A stretch of 64,000 nt of DNA from Mobula hypostoma. Its lineage: Eukaryota. How positions within the stretch are numbered: the stretch's first letter is position 1; the number at the start of each line of letters is the position of its first letter. The notes under the pieces were generated by a model that was not told the DNA's origin, made no database searches, and saw only the letters and a program-made list of their open reading frames with translations. The stretch is from contig NC_086097.1 in NCBI RefSeq assembly GCF_963921235.1, positions 20,710,001 through 20,774,000 of the forward strand, given 5' to 3'. Positions 55,330-64,000 of the stretch are shown here, piece after piece. The position numbers and the translations under genes are program-made.

Positions 55330-56630
55330 TCTCACCATCTCTTGTGGAATAATACCAGAAGGGATGAAAAAAATCAGTATTTATCACTTCCTAAGAAACC
55401 TGGAGCAATAGAATGTGAATTACATAGGACAATAAGTTTAATGAGTCGTTTCACTAAGATACTTATAAGAATTTTGATGACAAGAGCTAAAAGTAAGATA
55501 CAAGCTGAAATAGGTAAAGAACAATGTGGTTTTGTGAAAGACAAAGGTACAAGAAACTCAATATTGATGTTAAGGATGCTATCAGAACGAGCTATTCAAG
55601 TGCAAAAAGATTTGTTTGTTTTATCGACTACACAAAAGCATTTGATAAAGTGAAGCACAATAATTTATTCAAAATATTACAGAAACTCTAGATCTAGATT
55701 TGAAAGACCCCCACCTAAACAGAAATCTGTACTGGGAACAAACTGCCACTGTAAGTATAGATGGAGAAGTGTCAGTTTACGAAAATCAAAAGAGGCATTA
55801 GACAAGGGTGTGTTTTCTCCCCTGATTTGTTTAATGCATACAGTGAAACAATATTACAAAAAATAAGAGACAACTTGGGAATCAAAGTTGGCAGTGAAAA
55901 CCAATAATTTTAGATATGTGGATGACACTGTGTTAATTGCAAGTACAGAGGAAGAACTACAAAACTTCATTGATATAGTTGCTGAAGAAAGTGCAACAAT
56001 GGGTCTATCTATCATTTGCAAAAAGACAGAATGTATGGTGCTATCCAAAAAGAAGGAGAATCCTATCTGCAGGCTGAGAATAAACGGGGAAGACATAAAA
56101 CAAGTACAGAACTTTTGCTACTTAGGAAGCTGGGTGACATCAGATGGCAGGTGCGACATGGACATCAAAAGAAGAATAGGGATGGCAAAAGTCACCTTAT
56201 GAGAATGAAGAGTATAATGAATAACACTAAACTAGACATGACAAACCACCTCAGAGCACGGAAATGTTATATGGCTCAGAATGTTGGACAATATCTAGTA
56301 ACATGAGGAAATGGATTGAAGCAGCAGAGATGTAGTTTTTGAGAAGGATGCAAAGAATATCATGGATGAAACGAATCTAATAAGGATGTCATGAACAGAG
56401 CAAGCACAAAAAGAAATAATGTATAAGATCATGAAAAGGCAAAGTGACTTCATTGGATGTGATTAGGAAAGATGAGTTAGAATGCACGGTAATTATGGAA
56501 AAGACAAATGATGATGGAGACTGCAGCCAGAGAACTGGAAATGAATACCAGTCAATTGATCCACTTGACCCGAAACAGGAGTGTGTGGGCCATGGCAGTC
56601 AAAGCTCAAACTGAGCATGGCACCAGGAGA
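55330..56630 (+). mobile_element. RTE-clade LINE RT fragment
   Basis: LPKKPGAIECELHRTISLMS, EQCGFVKDKGTRN, RQGCVFSPDLFN, NNFRYVDDTVLIA, FCYLGSWVTSDGRC. Confidence 0.9.
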
Positions 56631-56825
56631 TGTTAATGATCTCTTGTGCCCTTCCTCTAACTCAACTTTTCGGGCAAGTTACCTGACATATTGCAATGGA
56701 CAAGGAGTTATTGCCAATGTATTGGAACTATCAGTGCTGTTGATTTTGACATATTGGTTTATTATTGTTTCATATACTGGGGTAAGATAAAAATTAAATG
56801 AGAGTCGAAGGGACATGCCAAACTT

Positions 56826-57230
56826 AGACCATAAGACAAAGGAGCAGAAGCAGGCCATTCGGCCCATCGAGTCTGCTCCACCATTTTATCATGAGCCGAT
56901 CCATTCTCCTATTTAGTCCCACTCCCCCGCCTTCTCACCATAACCCCTGATGCCCTGGCTGCTCAGATACCTATCAATCTCTGCCTTAAATACACCCAAT
57001 GACTTGGCCTTCACTGCTGCCCGTGGCAACAAATTCCATAGATTCACCACCCTCTGACTAAAAAAATTTCTTCACATTTCTGTTCTGAATGGGCGCCCTT
57101 CAATCCTTAAGTCATGCCCTCTCGTACTAGACTCCCCCATCATGGGAAACAACTTTGCCACATCCACTCTGTCCCTGCCTTTTAACATTCAAAATGTTTC
57201 TATGAGGTCTCCCCTCATTCTTCTAAACTT
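56826..57230 (-). mobile_element. CR1-type LINE 3' fragment
   Basis: Near-identical to 1910-2300. Confidence 0.85.
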
Positions 57231-57234
57231 CTTT

Positions 57235-58030
57235 AGCAACCTGAGGAGTAAAGGCCCTGGTACACTTTCTTGGCCATGGTGTCTGTGTAGTTGGATCAGA
57301 ACAGGCTATTCACTTCTAGAAACTTGAAGTTCTTCACCCTCTTGACCTCAGCATCACTGATGTAAACAGGAGCATGTGCGCCATCCCCTACCTGAAGTCA
57401 ATGAAGTCTTTTGCTGACATTGAGGGTGAGGCTGTTGTCATGACACCATGTCACTGGGCTCCTTATCTCCTTCCTGTACTCCTTGTCTCCTTATTTAAAA
57501 TTAAGTTTAGTATCCAGTGTCATCTGCAAATTTCTAGATGGCATTAGGGCAGAATCTGGCCGCGCAATTGTGTGTGGTGGAAGTGAAGCTACTTATCCTT
57601 ACTGATTGCAGTCTGATGGTCAAGAAGTCAAGGATTCAGTTGCAAAGGTTGGTGTTAAACCCTAGGCCTAGGTCTAGGATTTTGGAGATGAGTTTTCTTG
57701 GAGTTCTAGTAAAGACATCAATGCCTGTCTATTGTTTATTGTCAACCAGATGTCCAGAGTGTAGGGCAATAGAGCTGGATGTCAGCTTGGGGACCTGTTG
57801 AGGTGGTAGGCCAATAGCAATGGGTTGACGTCTGGGAGACTGGAGATATATGCCATAACCAGCCTATCGAAGCACTTCATGAAAGTGGATGTCAGAACCA
57901 TTGGACAGTAGTCATTAAGGCACATTACTTTAGGTACTGGAATAATGGTCATTTTGGAGCAGATGGGAACCACAGATCAAAGTAGAGATTAAAAATAACT
58001 GCAAATACTCCCGTGCAGGATCTGAGGACA
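57235..58030 (-). mobile_element. Decayed Rex1-type LINE fragment
   Basis: ORF 57782-57973 TIIPVPKVMCLNDYCPMVLTSTFMKCFDRLV. Confidence 0.75.
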
Positions 58031-58039
58031 CGGCCAAGA

Positions 58040-60800
58040 ATGGAGGACTGAAGGGGCTGTATTTAAATGCACGTAGTATTTGGAATATAAGTGGACGAAA
58101 TTGTGGCGCAATTAGAGATTGGTCAGTATAACATTGTGGGCATCACAGTCGTGGCTGAAAGAAGGCCATAATTGGGAGCTTAACATCAAAGGATATACTT
58201 TGTATCGAAAGGACAGGCAGGAAGGCATAAGTGGTGGTGTAGCTCTGTTGGTAAGAGATGGAATTACATCTTTAGAAAGAGGTGACATAGGGTCAGAGAA
58301 TGTTGAATCTTTGTGGGAGGAGTTAAGAAACTGCAAAGGTAAAATAAAAACATTCTGGGAAACATATAGGCCTCCAAATAATAGCCAGGATGTGGGGTTG
58401 ATATTGCAAAGAGAGCTAGAAAAGGTATGTAATAAGGGTAATGTCACAATTGTAATGGGGGAGTTCAATATGCAAGGGGATTGGGAAAATCAGGTTGGTG
58501 TCAGATCGCAAGAGAAGGAGTTTGTTGAATGCCTGTTTAGAGCAGCTTGTGCTTGAGCTTACTCGGGGAAAGGCTATCTTAGACTGGGTTTTGTGTTATA
58601 ACCCAGATCTTATTAGAGAGCTTAATGTAAAAGAATCCTTAGGAGGCAGTGATCATAATATGAAAGGGAGAAGCATAACTGGCATGTATGAAAACCAGTT
58701 TCCCCCGGGATCAATAAAGTATGTCTATGACTATGATGAGTATTGCAATGGAATAAAGGGAATTACAGAGACGTGAGAGAGGAGTGTGTCCAGGTGGACT
58801 GGAGGAGGATACTGGCAGGGATGACAGCAGAGCAGAGATGGCTGAAGTTTTTGGGAATAGTTCACAAGTTGCAGGCTAGATACGTTCCACAGAAGTAGTA
58901 GTTCTCAAATGCAGGACATGGGCAACCGTAGCTGACAAAGAAAGTTAAGGACTGTATAAAAGCCAAGGAAAGGGCAAACAAGGTAGCAAAGATGAGTGAG
59001 AAATTGGATGATTGGGAAGGTTTTAAAAGGCAAAAAAGCGATAAAAAGGGAAAAGATTAAATATGCAGGCAAACTAGCCAATAATATAAAGCAGGATACT
59101 AGTTTTTTTTCAGTTGTATAGAGTAATAGTGAGGTGAGAGTTGATATTAGACCCTTGGAAAATGGTGCTGGTGAGGTAGTAATGGGGGGACAGAGAAATG
59201 GCAGATGAACTTAATGGGTACTTTGCATCGGTCTTCACAGTGGAAGACACCAGCAGTGTGCCAGAGATCTGTGGGTGTCAAGGAGCAGGTATGAGTGACA
59301 TTGCTATTATAAAAGAAAAAGTGCAGGTAAACTCAAAGGTTTTGAGGTGGATAAGTCACCTGGACCAAATGAAATACATCCCAGAGTTCTGAGAGAGGTT
59401 GCTGAAGAGATAACAGATGGATTGGCAGTGATCTTTCAAGAATCACTTGATTCTGGCATGGTCCTGGAGGACTGGAAGATTGCAAATGTCACTCCACTCT
59501 TTGAGAAGGGAGGAAGGCAAAAGAAATTATAGGCCAGTTAGGTTAACATCAGTGGTTGGGAAAGTTTTGGAGTCTTATTAAGGATGAGGCTTTGGGCTAC
59601 ATGGACACCAATGATAAAATAAGTCAAAGTCAGCATGGTTTCTGTCAAGGGAAATGTTGCTTGACAAACCTGTTAAGAGTTCTTCAAGGAAGCAACAAGC
59701 AGGGTAGACAAAGGAGAGGCAGTGGATGTTATTTACTTGGACTTTCAGAAGGTGTTTGATAAGATGTCACATATGAGGGTGCTAACAAGATGAAATCCTG
59801 GCGTTACAGGAAAGATACTGGTGCGGATAGAGGAATGGCTGACAGTGAATGGGAATGAAGGGGTCCTTTTCTGGTTGGCTGCCTGTGACGAGTGGTGTTC
59901 TTCAGGGGTCAGTATTGGGACCACTACTTTTCACATTGTTTGTTAATGATTTGGATAATGGAGTTAATGGCTTTGTGGCAATGTTTGTGGATGATATGAA
60001 GATAGTTGGAGGGGTAGGTAGTGCTGAAAAAGCAAAGCAATTGCAGCAGGATGTAGACAAATTGGAAGAATGGTCAAAAAATGGGGAGAAGGTTCAAATA
60101 TCAGAGGTGCCAGAGGGACTTGGGAGTCCTCATGCAAGACTCCCAGAAGGTTAATTTACAGGTCGAGTCTGTGGTAAAGAAGGCAAATGCAATGTTGGCA
60201 TTTAGTTCAAGGGGAATAGAATATAAAAGCAAGGGGATATTGCTGAGGCTTTATAAGACACCAGGCAGGCCACACTTGGAGTGTTGTTAATAGTTCTGGG
60301 CCCCATATCTCAGAAAGGATTTGTTGTCATTGGAGAGAGTCCAGAGGAGGTTCAGAAGGATGATTCCACGAATGATGGGATTAACATGCGGAGCGTTTGG
60401 CAGCTTTGGGCCTGTACTCACTGGAATGTAGAAGAATGTTGGGGGGGGCGGTGGGATCTCATTGAAGTCTACTGAATGTGGAGAGGATGTTTCCTATGGT
60501 GGGGGTATCCAGAACTAGAGGCCACAGCCTCAAAATTGAGGGATGGCCTTTTAGAACACAGGTAAGGAAGAATTTTTTTTAGCCAGAGTGGTGAATCTAT
60601 TGGATGCTCTGCCACAGACTGTGGTGGAGGCAAAGTCCGTGGGTGTAGTTAAGGTGGAAGTTGATCATTTCCTGATTGGTCAGGACATCAAAGGATATGG
60701 TGCCCTTTATGGAGTTGAGTGGGATCTGGGATCAGCCATGATGGATTAGCGGAGCAGACTCGATGGGCTGAATGGCCTGATTCTGCTCCTACGTCTTACA
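58040..60800 (+). mobile_element. Long decayed CR1 LINE (APE + RT) with a small nested LINE tail (~58677-58736)
   Basis: LYLNARSI, GYTLYRKDRQ..GGGVALLV, KSPGPNEIHPRVL, DWKIANVTPLF, YLDFQKVFDK, SGVLQGSVLGPLLF, MFVDDMK. Confidence 0.92.
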
Positions 60801-61599
60801 GTCTAACTCCATCCAGGCCAGTTGCCTCCATGGTTTTAACTCTCAGGGAGACTTGTTTCATGTGTGCAACGATGATTACTGCGGGTTTCGGTACATTGAA
60901 GGCTAACAGTACAGTTGTGGCATTCCAATTCCCTCCTGTTCCAAACGTGCATGGAGTGTGTTTTCATCAGGACACCCTGCAGTCCTTCAGTGCCAGAAAT
61001 CTGATGGGGAACGTAATCCTGCGTAAGGGTGAATTGTTCTGTGAAGTGGGTGATAAATTTCCTGATGGTGGGAATGGAACAGGAAATGATCACCTGCACT
61101 TTAAAGCTAGAGCAAAATAATTGCAAGAAATAGGCAGTGGTGCACTTGCAAGAGCTGCACTTCACAGAGCGAGAGACACAAGCTGGAACCTGATTTCTAT
61201 GTGGAGTTTGCACATTCTCCCCATGACTGCGTTGTTTTGTCTGGTTTCCTCCCACATGGCAAAGTTGTGAGGGGGGGATAGGTTAATCAGCCACTGTAGT
61301 TGGTCCAAGGATATGAATCTGGTGGGGTTTAGAAAACTTAGAGAGAAAGGTGTGAATGTAGGATTAGTATGCTTTGTGTGTTTCTCAGTGTTGTGACTGT
61401 GATTGAAGTCACCAGAAAGACACTGAAGTTGGTGGATAATAGAAGTCTATTGAGCAGAACAAGCAGGCATCATACTGGAGACACTCTTGGAAGAAGTGGC
61501 CTCCTGACCCAATATTAGAATCAGAATCAGGTTTAATATCACCAGCGTATGTCATGATAATACAGAAAAAAAAAGTCAATTACAGTAGGTATATATGTA

Positions 61600-61905
61600 T
61601 ATTATAGGCATCCATTAGTCTCGTGAGACCATGGATTTGCGCTTCGGAAGGTTTCCAGGGCGCAGGCCTGGGCAATTATATGGAAGACCAGCAGTTGCCC
61701 GTGATGCAAGTCTCCCCTCTCCACGCCACCGATGTTGTCCAAGGGAAGGGCACTAGGGTTGATACAGCTTGGCATCGGTGTCATCACAGAGCAATGTGTG
61801 GTTAAGTGCCTTGCTCAAGGACACTGCACGCTGCCTCAGCTGAGGCTCGAACTAGTGACCTTCAGATCTCTAGACCAACGCCTTAACTACTGGCCATGTG
61901 CCAAC
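61600..61905 (-). mobile_element. CORE-like tRNA SINE, full length, inserted in a LINE tail
   Basis: Minus strand: tggccagtagttaaggcg A-box, agttcgagcc B-box, tgtccttgagcaaggcacttaacc core. Confidence 0.82.
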
Positions 61906-62593
61906 AATATGTATATTGAATAGTTAAAAATGGTGCAAAGCAAATAATTTTTTAAAATCGCAATATTAATTCTCATTGTATGTTAAAGAACAAAGGTAAA
62001 TTTCTATAATTACAATGCATTCATGATGCTTCCTTTGAATCGCACATAATTTTAAACACCCAGTTTTCACACCAACTCACCCAAAATGAGTGTTAATCAC
62101 TGCTGTCTCAGAGCTGCATTGATGCATATCTCAGGTGAATAATGTGTTTCCTGGTTTACAATCAACCCCAGTCTGCAGCTCTGGGAACACCATGTTTCGG
62201 AGCTGCATTTTTTAAACTCAATCTACAGTCCACATTGAGATCTGAAGCCTGGTTGCTGTTGCAATTAGTATCTGCTGTCTTCTGTAACTCCAGGATATGC
62301 CCTAACAGTCCTTCCCCATGGCCTTCCTGGATAAAAATAAATTTGTTCCAGACAGGCCAAACTTTGAGGAGGATCTAATCAAGCAGGCCAGCAAAGATGC
62401 CCTGTACTTTAGAGCCCCTTCCCCAAACGATAAAGCTGCATTTTATCATATACTTACATTTACGCTATCACCTCTGATGACAACCTACAAGACTGAGCAG
62501 AGCTTGTTCCAGAAATTTGACCAACAGTCGTTTTCTGCTGGCTGATTGCGGTTTAGTCACGTTCTTATTTTCACCCCTCCATTTTCTAATAGA

Positions 62594-62890
62594 GTGGCGC
62601 GTGGCCAAGTGGTTAGGGCGTTGGGCTTGTATCTGAAGGTCATGGGTTCGAGTCTCGGCCAAGGCAGCGTGTTGTGTCTTTGAGCAAGGCACTTAACCAC
62701 ACACTGCTCCAGTCCACCCAGCTGAAAATGGGTACTGGCAAATGCTGGGGGTTAACCTCGCGATAGACTGGCATCCTATCCGGGGGGAGGGAGGGGGGTA
62801 GTCTTGTACTCTCAGTCGCTTCACGCCACAGAAACCGGCATAAGCACTGGCCTGATGGGCCACAAGGCTCGGGACAGACTTTAACTTCTT
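62594..62890 (+). mobile_element. tRNA-derived SINE, full length
   Basis: A-box tggccaagtgg, B-box ggttcgagtct, core tgtgtctttgagcaaggcacttaacc; TSD attttctaatag/attctctaatag (11/12). Confidence 0.85.
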
Positions 62891-63800
62891 TTAAAATTCT
62901 CTAATAGCAACTCTGAATAAAATTTGTATGTTCAGAGTGATCACATAAGATTTCACTTGTAAATATCAATACTTTCAGCTGGACCTTATCACATCATAAA
63001 GTGAATTGGTTTGAAACCAAGGAAGATGTTTTGTGTAAGGTAAGAGCTCTCTCCTCTCCAAAATATGTAACGGGATCCTTATCATTCATATGAATATTCT
63101 CTCAAACAGATGGAATTTGTTTTTAATGTCCCAACCAGACAACAATACCAAACTGCTGGGGAAAAATTTTTGCAATGTCTCATCCCACGAGACAAGACCT
63201 GTAGTAGTCAGCAGTCTGCCTTGAGAATGTGTGTGCAAACCCTGCCTTGAACTTCAACCCACAGCCTAATCAAAAGCACGCTCTCTTCTTGGAGAGGATA
63301 GAAGTCTGCCGAGGGTCATCAAGGGCCAATGCAGTGTTAATAAAAAGCAGCACTTTGCTTATAGCAGATATTGTTTGTTCCTCTGACAAGCAATGGTGCT
63401 GGAAGGAGGGGGTGGGGGAACCAGAACTGTTCTGATGCTCTTAAATTAGAACAGTCTGTGCTGTCTCAGAGGGCTTGTCGGTCTGAAGAGATCAAAGCCG
63501 GGCCAGATTCTGCCACAGGCACTGCCTCGCCCAATCCTGGAATTAGCAAAAACCTCTGGTAGTGCTCATTCTACCTACTGGAGTACATGGGAGTTGAGTA
63601 TTGTGACCTGCTCTGTAGTCTCGTCAGCAATCTAATCCTGGCTTCCATTTCGAAGACCATACTGCCTGGATATTTTAGCACAAAAATGGAGATGATAAAA
63701 CATCTTGTGCCTGGAGATAACGAGGTTCAGTTGAGGCAATTTGACATTGATTGTTCATCACCTCTACTGCACCCTCAATTTTGGTTAGGGTAATTAAGAG

Positions 63801-64000
63801 GTCAGAGATTAGCTTTATTTGTCACATGCATCGAAACATACAATTGAAGTGCATCCCTTTTGTGTCAAAGACCAACACAATTCAAGGATGTGCAAGTGTC
63901 ACCATGCAAACCAGAGCACCTGGAGGAAACTCACACACTCATGGGGAGAACATATAAACACTGTACAGGCAGCTGTGGGAATTGAACCCTGATTGGCGAT
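63801..64000 (-). repeat. LINE-tail repeat joined to a V-type SINE fragment
   Basis: Homologous to 361-540 and 36330-36420. Confidence 0.6.

Noticed and set aside
62594..62665. tRNA gene
   Set aside because: A and B boxes are present but there is no proper cloverleaf; it continues into a SINE core and has a TSD.

Overview
Vertebrate genomic DNA. The repeat content (CR1, Rex1/Babar, RTE, Penelope-derived foldback elements, V- and CORE-type tRNA SINEs) suggests a cartilaginous fish, probably a ray; this is an inference. The window holds almost the whole + strand poly(A) polymerase alpha gene (PAPOLA). I traced 22 coding exons by hand (8502-50084, 2287 nt) in one continuous frame, from PSANQG...QKHYGIT to ...PIPVVKNSIKLRLNR*. 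The short first coding exon and promoter are not visible and probably lie upstream. A repeat-free ~4.5 kb putative 3'UTR ends at tandem AATAAA signals near 54540. Gene features of note: two GC-AG introns with the same donor context, one more C-terminal exon than the mammalian gene (carrying a basic NLS-like motif), a NAGNAG acceptor, an AATAAA inside the last codons, and candidate intronic poly(A) sites. Introns and the 3' flank carry many transposons: a Sleeping Beauty-like Tc1 with a fold-back structure, two other Tc1 derivatives, hAT MITEs, two solo LTRs, a near full-length Rex1 LINE, a Penelope GIY-YIG remnant and palindromic Penelope-derived elements with degenerate hammerhead ribozyme cores. 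Comparisons with human PAPOLA, Sleeping Beauty and other references are from memory, not from searches.
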